This document shows positions 53,434-63,906 of a stretch of DNA of 64,000 bases, one piece after another; the first letter of the stretch is position 1, and each line of letters opens with the position of its first letter. The translations under genes were made by a program, and so were the position numbers. Origin of the DNA: an uncultured Verrucomicrobiae bacterium (GTDB lineage: Bacteria > Verrucomicrobiota > Verrucomicrobiia > Limisphaerales > JAFGQR01); the NCBI GenBank assembly GCA_963788655.1, contig CAWBHS010000110.1:32001-96000 (forward strand), read 5' to 3'. The notes beneath the pieces are model-generated. The model was given only the letters and a program-made list of their open reading frames with translations. It was not told the DNA's origin and made no database searches.

Positions 53434-54138
53434 ATGACCACGAATCAATTTATGTTTGCTGCTTTTGCTGGAGCGCTCGCGGGGTTGCTGCACGTGTTTT
53501 CCGGTCCGGATCACTTGGCTGCGGTCGCTCCCTTGTCCCTGGAACACGGTCCGAGATCGTGGCGCATCGGGCTGGGCTGGGGTGTGGGACATTCGGCCGG
53601 AGTCATTGTGCTGGGCTTGGTGTTGTTGCTCCTCAAAGAATTTTTGCCCCTGGAGGGGATTTCTTCATGGGCGGAACGCCTGGTGGGCGTGGTGCTGATC
53701 GGCATTGGTATTTGGGGACTGCGCAAAGCTTTTGCCAACAAGGTTCACCTTCACGCGCACCAGCACGGCGGTGAGCAGCACGCGCATTTCCATGTCCATG
53801 GAACCAAAACCGCGCACAGTCCCGCCCGCTCCAGTGCCCACCAACATTCCCATGCGGTCATGGGGGTCGGGATGCTGCACGGACTGGCCGGTGGCTCGCA
53901 CCTGATGAACATGGTGGTGGCGCTGGCTTTCCCGACGCGGGTGCAGACCCTTACTTACATCGGCACCTACGTTTTGGGCACCGTAACGGCGATGTCTTTC
54001 TTCTCTTTACTGGTCGGCTGGATCGCGGCCCGGTGGGCCGTGGGCAGCCAGATGGCCTATCGAAATCTCATGGTGGCCTGCTCGGTCGTGGCCCTGCTCC
54101 TGGGAGGGTATTGGCTGCTGGCGCCCGTTGGGCCATAG
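53434..54138 (+). CDS. His-rich membrane protein, nickel/cobalt transporter (UreH/NicO-like)
   Basis: HVFSGPDHLAAV, WGVGH, His-rich loop HLHAHQH...HAHFHVH, GMLHGLAG. Confidence 0.8.
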   Translation: MTTNQFMFAAFAGALAGLLHVFSGPDHLAAVAPLSLEHGPRSWRIGLGWGVGHSAGVIVLGLVLLLLKEFLPLEGISSWAERLVGVVLIGIGIWGLRKAFANKVHLHAHQHGGEQHAHFHVHGTKTAHSPARSSAHQHSHAVMGVGMLHGLAGGSHLMNMVVALAFPTRVQTLTYIGTYVLGTVTAMSFFSLLVGWIAARWAVGSQMAYRNLMVACSVVALLLGGYWLLAPVGP

Positions 54139-54300
54139 GGATTTTCGCAAAAAAACTCAAAAAAACTTGTTGTCAAAGCCGGGGCTTTTTCCTATGTATC
54201 GCGCCAATGCACCGTTTTTGGTGCGCGGGCAAATTGGTTTTTTGCCCACTAAAACGCATAAAAACGAAACCGAAACATAGTTCGCAGGAGGAACATATTG

Positions 54301-55583
54301 ATGAAAGTAAATAAATGGACAGTGGGGCTGGCAGCCGTTGGGCTGATCAGTCTCCCCGCGGCCTTACAGGCCGAAGAACAAATGAGCCCGGTCGAAACGG
54401 CCTTGGCTTCAACAGTCATTAGCGGTTACGTCAACACCGCTGCGCAATGGAACTTCGGGACCGGCAATGGCTATATGGACACGCTGGACGGCGATTACTA
54501 CGGCTTGCCCAGGTATTCATACAATACCCCGAATAAACAGGACGGATTCAGCCTTAACGCAGTCAAGCTGAGTATCGAAAAACCGCTGGATCCCAACCAA
54601 CAATGGTCGGCTGGGTATCAAGCTGACTTGATGGTTTGGTCCGGATGCCAACTTCCTGGGCAGCACCTCGGTGGCCGGGGGCAATACGTCCGACTTCGCG
54701 ATTCGGCAAGCCTACGTTGCATTGCGAGCGCCGGTTGGGCATGGGCTGGACTTCAAGGTGGGCGTTTTTGACACCATCATTGGTTACGAAAGCTCCGATG
54801 CCGGCAGCAACCCGAACTACACCCGGTCATACGGATACTCGATTGAACCGACGACGCACACCGGGCGTTTTGGCCTCGTACAAGTTCAGTGACTTGGTTT
54901 CGGCGTCCGTGGGTATCGCGAATACGGTCGGCCCGATGATCAACGAGCAAGCTTGGTTGGCGTCTGGTTATCAAAAAGCCGAATCGTACAAAACCTACAT
55001 GGGCTCGATCGCCCTGACCGCTCCGGAATCCATGGGATTCCTGGCCGGTTCAACGCTTGTATGGCGGCGTGGTGAGCGGATTTAATTCAGCCGGCCCGCG
55101 CTGATACGACTAGTTGGTACGCGGGAGCCACTATCGCCACTCCCGTAGATGGACCTCAGACTGGGCGTATCGTACGACTACCTGGTATTGGCAAACAACC
55201 CGCAACGAGTGGCCCCGCTGCTATCTCTAACGGTGGCTACGCCAATGCTCTCGCCCTTTATCTCACCTACGAATTCACTGAGAAACTCAGCTCGCATACT
55301 CGCGCCGAATATGCATGGACAAGTTTTGATGGTCTGTTGCTTCCGCTGCATCCCAGCGATCCTCCCATTGTCCGGCACAGCGACACCCCCGGAAAGTTAC
55401 AGAGTCATGGCGCTCACTGAAACGCTCCAATACGACCTGTGGAAGAACGTGCTGACCCGCTTGGAATTCCGTTGGGACCATCAAGCCGATGGCTTCGGTC
55501 GCGCTTACGGTGGAACTCCCAACACCACGCAAGGCAAACGCAACAACTTCATCTTGGCGGCCAACGTCATCTACAAGTTCTAA
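54301..55583 (+). CDS. Outer-membrane beta-barrel porin-like protein (several frameshifts)
   Basis: Signal peptide, ISGYVN, IRQAYV, GVFDTIIGYE, NYTRSY, RLEFRWDH, C-terminal Phe (YKF); RBS AGGAGG upstream. Confidence 0.8.
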
Positions 55584-55602
55584 CCTAAATTAGGTTCATC
55601 GC

Positions 55603-55633
55603 AACCCTCCCGAGCCATTCGGGAGGGTTTTTT
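55603..55633 (+). terminator. Intrinsic terminator
   Basis: AACCCTCCCGA-GCCAT-TCGGGAGGGTT followed by a T-run. Confidence 0.85.
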
Positions 55634-55734
55634 GTTGCCCGCTTCACCCGTCGCAAATCTGCGCATGTTCTTGGCGCTTGCAGGGTCCGGTAATTTCTCT
55701 TTATTTGCCGGACAGCTTATGCTAAACAGCCGCC

Positions 55735-56460
55735 ATGCCGTCCGAGAACGAAAGTATTGGATTCACGATTTGGGGTGCGGACAAGCAAAGCTACGGCCCG
55801 GTGGAACTGCCCGCCTTGGTGGACTGGGTCAAGGAGCATCGCGTCACCGCCGACACCTGGATTTTCTGCGACCAGCACAATGCCTGGCGCAAGGCGAGCA
55901 ACGTGCCGGAATTGCAGATGTTTTTTCCGGGCAACACCCAAGGGCCCGCCGCCGTCAAAGCGGGCGCCGGCGTCTCCGAGCAGACCGCGATCATCTCCGT
56001 GCAACCCAATTCCTTGCGCCGGGTGAAAGTGCTCGCGGAATTCAAGGACGACCAACTGGTGCGCTTCGCCAACTTCATGGAAGTGATCAAGGTGCGCCAA
56101 TGGGAAGTCGCGGTGAAGCAGGGCGACCACGGGGACGCCATGTTCATGTTGCTGGAAGGCGAATTACGTGTCCGCATGATGATCGACGGCAAAGAAACCA
56201 TGCTGGTCGTTCTGGCTCCGGGCGATTTCTTCGGCGAGGTTTCCTTGTTCGACCACGGACCGCGTTCGGCTGACGTGGTGGCCAATAAGGACAGCAAGCT
56301 GTTGAAAATCTCCGCGTCGTCTTTTGAACCCATGATGACTGAAGCGCCCGACTTGGCGGCGCCATTTCTGTTCTCGATGAGCAAAACGCTCACCGCCCGC
56401 ATTCGCGCCGACAACAAAAGGTATCGCGACGCCATCAATTACGCCCGCACAGCACGCTAA
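55735..56460 (+). CDS. GYF-like N-terminal domain plus cyclic-nucleotide-binding domain protein
   Basis: YGPVELPALVDW...DTWI...W; QGDHGDAMF, GDFFGEVSLFDHGPRSADV. Confidence 0.8.
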   Translation: MPSENESIGFTIWGADKQSYGPVELPALVDWVKEHRVTADTWIFCDQHNAWRKASNVPELQMFFPGNTQGPAAVKAGAGVSEQTAIISVQPNSLRRVKVLAEFKDDQLVRFANFMEVIKVRQWEVAVKQGDHGDAMFMLLEGELRVRMMIDGKETMLVVLAPGDFFGEVSLFDHGPRSADVVANKDSKLLKISASSFEPMMTEAPDLAAPFLFSMSKTLTARIRADNKRYRDAINYARTAR

Positions 56461-56462
56461 CA

Positions 56463-56601
56463 GAATGACAAGGTCCAAAGCCCAAGGTCCAAAGAATGAT
56501 CAATTTCCAAGCTCCAACCCAATCTGGACATTCTTCCTGCATAAACTGGACATTGAGCATTGGATATTCTCTGGTGTTTGGGCCTTGGGCTTTGGTCATT
56601 C
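56463..56601. repeat. Inverted heptamer-repeat element
   Basis: CAAnnnn units on the left arm, TGGnnnT units on the right arm, ends GAATGAC / GTCATTC. Confidence 0.75.
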
Positions 56602-56604
56602 AGT

Positions 56605-57567
56605 TCACGCGCGCGGGTGCGCGGCATCATAGGCGCGTTTGAGCCGTTCGGTGGTCACGTGCGTGTACACCTGAGTCGTGACAAGGTGCGCGTGACCGAG
56701 TAATTCCTGGACGCTGCGCAGATCGGCGCCGGCATCCAACAGGTGCGTGGCGTAACTGTGACGCAGCTTGTGGGGGGTCAGGTGCGGATCCAATCCCGCG
56801 GCGGCCAGATAAAGTTTGAGCCGCCGCTGCACCAATCGCGGCTGCAACGGGCGGAACTTCTTCTCCGCGGCCAGGAACACCGGCATGGCGCCGACTGGGG
56901 CCGCGGGCAGCATCGACCAATAGAGCCGCAACGCTTCCAAAGCCGGCGCACCGACGGGCACCATCCGTTCCTTTTTGCCTTTGCCGCGGAGGCGCAGGAT
57001 CTGATCATCCCAGCCGATGTCTTCGGCGCGCAAACCGCACAGTTCACTGATCCGCAAACCGCACGAATAAATGGTTTCCAGGATGGCCATGTCACGATAC
57101 GGCACCGTGGGTTCGACCGGGCGGCCGGCCCGTTTGCCGGGTTCGGATATTGTTTTCAACGGCGCGCGCAACAGGTTCAACATTTGTTGGACGGTAAGAT
57201 ATTGCGGCAGCCGCCTTTCAGGCTTGGGTAAAGCGATGTTCTTGATCGGGCTGGATTCCAGCATGCCGCGCCGGATGAGCCATTTGTAAAAGGTCCGCAG
57301 CGCACTGAAGCGAAGTTGAATGGCGGCACGGCTGAACTGCTTTCGCCCCAGGAACCGCAAGTAGCTGCGGAAATCGTCGCGCTTCAGCACCGGCCATCGC
57401 GGGGACGCCCGGCGCTCGTCCTGATGCCAGCGGCAAAACTCAGCCAGCGCCTGGCGGTAATTGCGTTGCGTGTAGAGCGACGCGTCCCGGTCCGTGGCCA
57501 GATGGTCGAGGAACTCAAGGATCTGGGGATCGAGTTGGACAGCGTTGTCAACCGTGCGTTCGCTCAT
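56605..57567 (-). CDS. xerC: Tyrosine recombinase XerC
   Basis: SLYTQRNY, CGLRISEL, GKGKKERMVP, HKLRHSYATHLL, LLGH...TTQVYTHV. Confidence 0.85.
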   Translation of the reverse strand: MSERTVDNAVQLDPQILEFLDHLATDRDASLYTQRNYRQALAEFCRWHQDERRASPRWPVLKRDDFRSYLRFLGRKQFSRAAIQLRFSALRTFYKWLIRRGMLESSPIKNIALPKPERRLPQYLTVQQMLNLLRAPLKTISEPGKRAGRPVEPTVPYRDMAILETIYSCGLRISELCGLRAEDIGWDDQILRLRGKGKKERMVPVGAPALEALRLYWSMLPAAPVGAMPVFLAAEKKFRPLQPRLVQRRLKLYLAAAGLDPHLTPHKLRHSYATHLLDAGADLRSVQELLGHAHLVTTQVYTHVTTERLKRAYDAAHPRA

Positions 57568-57665
57568 GCCGCCAGCGTAGCGTTACCATGGGCAAAGCCA
57601 AGCTTCTCCTTCTTGGTCACTACGCTTGTCGGCGGCTGAAAGTGGACCTAGGCTGACGCGTAGTT

Positions 57666-58481
57666 ATGCCGACATTTTACGATACGCACGCGCACCTGGA
57701 TGATCCGCGGTTCACCGACGATCTTGTGGCGGTGGTGGAGCGGGCCCGGGCCGCGGACATCGCGAAGATTATTTGCGTGGGCACAGATTTCGAAAGCAGC
57801 CGCCGAGCCATCCAGTTGAGCGAGCAGTTTGCCCAGATCTATGCCGCGGTGGGCTGGCACCCGACCCATGTCCTGGAGGCGCCGGAGGATGTCCGTCCGG
57901 AACTGCGGGAACTGGCGCAACATCCCAAAGTGGTGGCCATCGGAGAAACCGGACTGGATTATTTTCACGCGCCGGGCCGCCGGGCCGGCGGCGCGGAGGT
58001 CGGTTGGGAAGAATATAAAGACCGGCAGGCAACCCTGTTTCAGCAACAGCTCGAAGTGGCCGCCGAGTGCGGACTCAACATCGTGGTTCACCATCGCAAG
58101 TCACTGGACGATTGTCTCAAGCTGGCGGCCCCGTTCGCCGGCAAAGTGCGGGGGCAGTTCCATTGTTTCGAGGATGATGCCGCCGCCGCGCAACGAGTGT
58201 TTGAACTCGGATCGCTCGTGAGTTTCACCGGCATCTTGACGTTCAAGAACAAACCGGTGGTTCGCGAGGCCCTGGCGGCCGCTCCGTTGGATCGGTTCAT
58301 GATGGAAACGGATTCTCCTTACCTGGTGCCGGAACCCAACCGGGGCAAGATCAAACGGTGTGAGCCGGCTTTCGTCCAAGACACCGCCGCTGTCGCGGCG
58401 CAGGTCAAAGGTTGCTCGCTGGCGGAATTAAGCGAAGCCACCTGCCAGACGGCGCACGAGTTCTTCCCTAAACTTGGCTGA
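57666..58481 (+). CDS. tatD: TatD-family hydrolase
   Basis: DTHAHL, GWHP, AIGETGLDY, HCF, ETDSPYL. Confidence 0.92.
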   Translation: MPTFYDTHAHLDDPRFTDDLVAVVERARAADIAKIICVGTDFESSRRAIQLSEQFAQIYAAVGWHPTHVLEAPEDVRPELRELAQHPKVVAIGETGLDYFHAPGRRAGGAEVGWEEYKDRQATLFQQQLEVAAECGLNIVVHHRKSLDDCLKLAAPFAGKVRGQFHCFEDDAAAAQRVFELGSLVSFTGILTFKNKPVVREALAAAPLDRFMMETDSPYLVPEPNRGKIKRCEPAFVQDTAAVAAQVKGCSLAELSEATCQTAHEFFPKLG

Positions 58482-58516
58482 CGCACAGGGACAGTTCTGG
58501 AGATTGGGCGGCTGAT

Positions 58517-58837
58517 TCAGGCACTCCAGCGCAACTCGCGGAATTCTCCGGACCGCATCGAGTTCACGGCGTCAGCCACCTCGGATTGGTGTTGCTGAAT
58601 CGTCAGCCAGTTGGTGGTGGGCAAAACCAAGATCGCCAATTGCCGGCCGGCGAGGTTCTGTTGATACACCAAATTCTGATCGGTGGTGACCAAGACATCG
58701 AAGTGTCCCTCGGCCGCACGCAACAAGTCTCCGTTCTCAAGATTGGACCATCCCAACTCATACGCCGTGGTGACTTGGTTCGGGGTGAGAGCGCGGCGCA
58801 AGGGAACTGGAGTGCCTTGATCGAAAAGGACGCGCAT
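58517..58837 (-). CDS. PIN-like toxin (DUF5615 / VapC45-like)
   Basis: MRVLFDQGTP, NGDLL, FDVLVTTDQNL; directly downstream of a DUF433 gene. Confidence 0.8.
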   Translation of the reverse strand: MRVLFDQGTPVPLRRALTPNQVTTAYELGWSNLENGDLLRAAEGHFDVLVTTDQNLVYQQNLAGRQLAILVLPTTNWLTIQQHQSEVADAVNSMRSGEFRELRWSA

Positions 58838-58849
58838 GGGACGGTCGGC

Positions 58850-59074
58850 TCAAGTCATTACCACCGCCAACGATGACTTGGCGAACTTGAGCACGGTCAA
58901 TGCCTGCTCGCGGGTTACCCCAGGAAACCATTCGAGAAATTGGTCCACGGTCGCACCGCCTTCGAGATTCTCGAAGAGGGCCTGCACCGGCACGCGCGTT
59001 CCCTGGAACACCCAAGCGCCGCTCACTTTGCCGGGCACACGCTCCACCGCTACACAATTTGTCCAATCCAACAT
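58850..59074 (-). CDS. DUF433 antitoxin (VapB45-like)
   Basis: PGKVSGAWVFQGTRVPVQALFENLEGG...FLEWFP. Confidence 0.85.
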   Translation of the reverse strand: MLDWTNCVAVERVPGKVSGAWVFQGTRVPVQALFENLEGGATVDQFLEWFPGVTREQALTVLKFAKSSLAVVMT

Positions 59075-59124
59075 GCATCACAAACTAAGCCGTCGCCCAG
59101 ACACGGGCAAGGGGTAAGGTCGGA

Positions 59125-60385
59125 TCAGCGCAGGAACATTTCCGCCACCGTGTCGGCGAAGCGAAGTCCCTGGCGCGTCAGGCGAAACCGGTCCGGTTCC
59201 TGAAGGCCCCAACCTTGGGCCGTCAATTGGTCCAGTGCGTCATGCCATTCCTGGCGCAGGTCGAAGCCGGTGACCCGCTGGAATTCCACGAACGGCCAGC
59301 CAGCGGTCATGCGGAGTCCGAAGGCGGCGATTTCTCCCGCGCGTTGCAAAGGAGCCAGTTCATCGCTCGTCTCGAGGGCGCGTTGACCCCGCTCCAGTTG
59401 CTGACAATACAGGGGGGTGTTGGACCAGTTCTTGGTGCGGACGCCGTTCATGTAACTGGCTGCGCTGGGCCCCAAGCCAAGGAACGGTCCACCGCGCCAG
59501 TAGTTCAGATTGTGCCGGCAAGCCAGGGAGGGGAAGGGCCCGTTGGAACTCGGGTCAAACGGCGCCGTTGCCGATTGGTTGGCCGTTGCCATGGGGGAAG
59601 AATCAGCTTGAAGCGGCTGGCCGGGACCAAGTTTGGGGAGGCGCTGGTCGCGGGCAAAATTAGCGACTTCATATTGGACGAAGCCGTGAGCAGTCGCCTG
59701 TTCCAGCAGTTCGTCATACATGGCGCAGGCCAGATCTTCGTCCACGCTGAATTCATGGGCCTGAAGTTGCGCGTAGAGGGGCGTGTCTTCCTCGTAAATG
59801 ACTTCGTAGCTGGAGAGATGTTGCGGTCCCAGGCCCAGGGCTTCATCCAAGCGTGGCGCGCCAGACTTCGAGGGTTTGGCCGGGAATGGCAAACATCAGG
59901 TCGAGGCCGATGTTGTCGAAGCCCGCCTGCCGGAGCACGGCCAAGGTTTTGAACACCATCTCGCGGCTGTGAACGCGGCCCAACCGGTCCAGGAGGTTTT
60001 CGTCGAGCGATTGGACGCCCAGCGAAATGCGGTTCACTCCGAACTCGCGCCAGAGCCGGGCTTTGTCCAGCGACACCGTGGCCGGATTACACTCGATGGT
60101 CCATTCGGGGACCGCGAGCCAATTGAGTCCAGCCATCGTGTCGAGGATTTGCTGCCATTGGTTGACGTTCAGCAAGGACGGAGTGCCACCGCCAAAGTAG
60201 ATGGTTTGCGGACGAAGCGAGCTGGCGACCAATTCCATTTCCCGGCGAAGGGCGGCAACGTAGCGATTAATGGTGTCACCGGAGGAGGGTTCCGAATAGA
60301 AGGCGCAATACTCACACTTGTGCGCGCAGAACGGCACGTGAACGTAAAGACTGGCGGCAGCGGTGGTGCCCGACGATTGCAACAC
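59125..60385 (-). CDS. hemW: Radical SAM heme chaperone HemW (frameshift near 59850)
   Basis: LYVHVPFCAHKCEYCAF, YFGGGTPS, ECNP, RISLGVQS, YEVANFA, HNLNYW, GLGPSAAS. Confidence 0.9.
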
Positions 60386-60469
60386 GACGACATCCTACGG
60401 CGGCGGCCGCAGTACGTCGAAGCAAAAGGGCGGGTGGAAACCGCCCGGTTGGCCGGCGAGACCGCCGAG

Positions 60470-60676
60470 TCAACTCTGGGCGCGTTCCACGTTGAGCGCC
60501 TTGGGTCCTTTGTCGCTGGGGACGAGTTCGAAGCTTACGGGTTCACCTTCCTGAAGCGTCTTGTAGCCGTTGCCCGAGATGCAACTGTAATGCACAAAAA
60601 CATCCTGTCCCGCTTCCTGGATAATGAAGCCAAATCCCCGCTTGTTGTCGAACCACTTAACTTTGCCACTGGCCAT
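60470..60676 (-). CDS. cspA: Cold-shock protein
   Basis: GKVKWFDNKRGFGFI, DVFVHYS, KGPKALNV. Confidence 0.93.
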   Translation of the reverse strand: MASGKVKWFDNKRGFGFIIQEAGQDVFVHYSCISGNGYKTLQEGEPVSFELVPSDKGPKALNVERAQS

Positions 60677-60816
60677 AACGATGTCCTTCCGTGATTATCC
60701 TTCCAGGGCCGGTGTCTAGCTGTGAAACCATTCAACGAAAAGGGCTTGCTCGCTTCTTCGTTGCTGACTGAAGAGTTCATGGGTTCCATTGACACTAGCT
60801 TTCTCGAATGGCCGGC

Positions 60817-60845
60817 AGGCTAAGCAGTTGCGCCCCACAGGTCAA
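60817..60845 (-). promoter_or_regulatory. Sigma70-like promoter of the csp gene
   Basis: Minus strand TTGACC-17 nt-TAGCCT. Confidence 0.5.
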
Positions 60846-61118
60846 GCGTCAGTTTGGAAAACTTTTACCCCCCCGTCGGAAGCAGGGGCCTTAATGCTGG
60901 GCGACCCATCAGGCCGGACCGGTTCCAGGCTTGGCCGAGCGGAACTACGATGCCAGCTTTCGCGACCGGGTTAGCGTCGAACGCACCAACGTGAGGCCGA
61001 GGTTTTCAGCCGCCGCTCGTCAAGAAGGTCCAGGCGCCGGGCACGACTTTCCGGTTGAAACAGCGCGGGTTAAGGCGGAGACTCGCGGTAGTTGGTCAAT
61101 CACGTGGCAGATGAAGTT

Positions 61119-61556
61119 ATGAATGAAGGCAGACCCATCGAGATATTCCTCATCGAGGATAATCCCGGCGACGCGCGGTTAACGGTGGAAGCGTTGCGGG
61201 AAGCCAAGGTTCACAATCGGCTCAGTTGGGTTACGGACGGCGCCGAAGCGCTGGCTTTTCTGCAGCGCGAGGGCAAGCACGCCAATGCGCCCCGGCCCGA
61301 TCTCATCCTGCTGGACTTGAATCTGCCGCGCAAAGATGGGCGGGAAGTGCTGGCTGAAATCAAGAAAAACGATAAATTCCGGCGCATTCCCGTGGTCGTC
61401 CTTACCACCTCCCAGGCGGAGGAAGACATCCTCAAGGCGTATCATTTGAACGCCAATTGTTACATCACGAAACCGGTGGATTTGGACAAATTCATTGAGG
61501 TGGTTAGGACGATCAAGGACTTCTGGCTCTCGATTGTCCGGCTGCCCTCCGAATAA
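61119..61556 (+). CDS. Single-domain response regulator (Rcp1-like)
   Basis: [35 protein letters not shown]. Confidence 0.92.
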   Translation: MNEGRPIEIFLIEDNPGDARLTVEALREAKVHNRLSWVTDGAEALAFLQREGKHANAPRPDLILLDLNLPRKDGREVLAEIKKNDKFRRIPVVVLTTSQAEEDILKAYHLNANCYITKPVDLDKFIEVVRTIKDFWLSIVRLPSE

Positions 61557-61588
61557 ACGCGGTCGGTTATGCGCGAAAGGCACCACCC

Positions 61589-63906
61589 ATGAATTCGCCC
61601 GGCCCGGTCGGCGGAACCCCTCAGGGCCCAATTCCACGACGGCGGCTGTGGCCGGCGGTGCTGGTGCTGGCCGGCGGGTGCGTCCTGTCGGTGCTCTTGT
61701 TCTGGCTGGTGCATGAGAACGACCGGCAACGTGTGCAGTCGGATTTCACCCGTTGGGCGCATCAACGCAAAGCCACGTTGCAGCGAACGGTGGAAGACCA
61801 CTTGGATATACTGCGGTTTCTCGGCGCGCTTTTTTTCTCTTCCGAGCACGTGGACCGGCGGGAATTCCGTAGGTTTGCTCGCGACAACAGGGACCGGTTG
61901 CCGGCCATTGGTTTGTTGGAATGGCTGCCGCGGATTCCCCAAGCGCAACAGGCCGGGCACGAAGCCAAGTTGCGGGCTGAAGGTTTCCCCGATTACCACA
62001 TCGTGATTCACAGTCCGGCGGGGGGGCTGCAAGCGGCTCCCCCCCAGCCGTTGTATTTTCCCGTCGTGTATGTGGTGCCGGCCCGGGCGGAGAGCAATCA
62101 CCTCGGACTGGACCTGGCGGCAGTGCCCGAGTTTGCGGCGGCTATGAAGGGCAGCGTGGAAGCCGCCCGTCCGGTCATGGCCCGAATGCACTGGACGAAC
62201 ACCGTGAACGGTCGCGTTCCGGACTGGCGGGCGTTTCTGGCGGTCTATACCAACGGCGCCGCCCATGATACACCGGCGCAACGCGAGGCGAATTTGGCCG
62301 GTTTTGTTTCCGCCGAATTGAACCTTCGTGAGCTGACGAAGGATCCCTTGGTCGAAGCCGGAGAGGACGCGACGGCCACCCGGAGGATGATGGCGGTGGC
62401 GGACAACGTGGCCATCCAGTTGCAGGATCTGGCCGCCGGTTCAGAGGTGGCTTTTCAATCCGAGAATTGGCCGTCGGACGCACGGCCCGCAAACCAATGG
62501 TCCCAGCGATTCGACCTGCGCCTGGGGGGGCGACCCTGGAAACTGATTTGTTTGCCGACCCCCGCGTACCTGACCCGGCAACACATCTGGCAATCGTGGG
62601 CCACGCTGGGTGGGAGTCTGCTGTTGAGCGTGCTGGTGGCTGCCTACCTGTTCAGCGCGTCGAACCGTGAGCTGAAAGTGAACCGGATCGTGTGGAATCG
62701 CACCACTGAACTCAGCCAGGCCAACGAACAGTTGCGGGCCGAAATCCTCCAGCGCCAAGCCGCCGAACAGACGCTCGAGGAGGAACGGCATCTCTTGGAA
62801 GCTCTGATGGATTCCACCCCCGACCACATTTATTTCAAGAACCGTCAAAGCCGGTTTTTGCGCATCAACCGGGCGCAAATGGAAATTTTCAAACTGACCG
62901 ATCCCGCGGAGGCGGTGGGCAAGAGTGACTTCGATTTTTTTACGAATGAACACGCCCAAGCCGCGTTTGATGATGAACAGGAAATCATGCGCACCGGCCA
63001 ACCGTTGATCGGCCGGGAAGAAAAAGAAACCTGGTCGGACGGGACGGTGACGTGGGTTTCGACGACCAAGCAATGTCTGCGGGACAAAGCAGGAACGGTG
63101 ATCGGCACCTTCGGCATTTCGCGGGACATCACCGCGCACAAACTGGCCGAGGAAGCGCTGGCCGAAAAGACCCAGGAACTGCTGCGCTCCAACCAGGAAC
63201 TCGAACAGTTCGCTTACGTGGCGTCGCACGATTTGCAGGAACCGCTGCGGATGATTGCCAGCTACACCCAATTGCTGGCCCGTCGCTATCAAGGCCGGCT
63301 GGACCAGGATGCCGATGAGTTCATCGGCTACGCGGTGGAAGGGGCCTCGCGCATGCAGACGTTGATCAACGATTTGCTGACGTATTCGCGAGTGGACCGC
63401 CGGGGCAAACCCTTCGCGCCAACAGACTGCGACCAAGCCCTGCAATTGGCGTTGGACAATTTGAGGGTGGCCATCGAAGACGCCGGAGCGGTCATACACC
63501 GCGATAAGCTGCCCCGCGTAATAGGCGACGACGTGCAGTTGACACAACTGTTCCAAAACTTGATCAGCAACGCGATCAAGTTCCACGGCGAGCGCGCCGC
63601 CGGAGATTCGGGTGACGGCCACCTTGGGGGATAGTGCGGTCCAGATGGGCCCCTCGCCCCGGCACCAGGAATGGGAGTTCCAGGTGCAGGACAACGGCAT
63701 TGGCATTGAGCCGGAGTATTTCGAACGCATTTTTGTCATTTTCCAGCGCTTGCACACGCGGGAGCAGGTCCTCGGGCACGGGCATTGGATTGGCCGTGTG
63801 CAAGAAAATCGTGGAACGGCACGGCGGCCGGATGTGGGTCAAATCCGAAATGGGGCAGGGTTCGACCTTTTATTTTACCATCCCTTGCATCAAACTGGAC
63901 TCATGA
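61589..63906 (+). CDS. CHASE-PAS sensor histidine kinase (frameshifts in the HATPase region)
   Basis: Two TM helices around a CHASE-like domain (YFPVVYVVP...LGLDL), [21 protein letters not shown]-box, [27 protein letters not shown]. Confidence 0.88.

Noticed and set aside
56605..57567. Prophage or island integrase
   Set aside because: XerC-like length and motifs, housekeeping neighbours, no att/tRNA site or phage genes.
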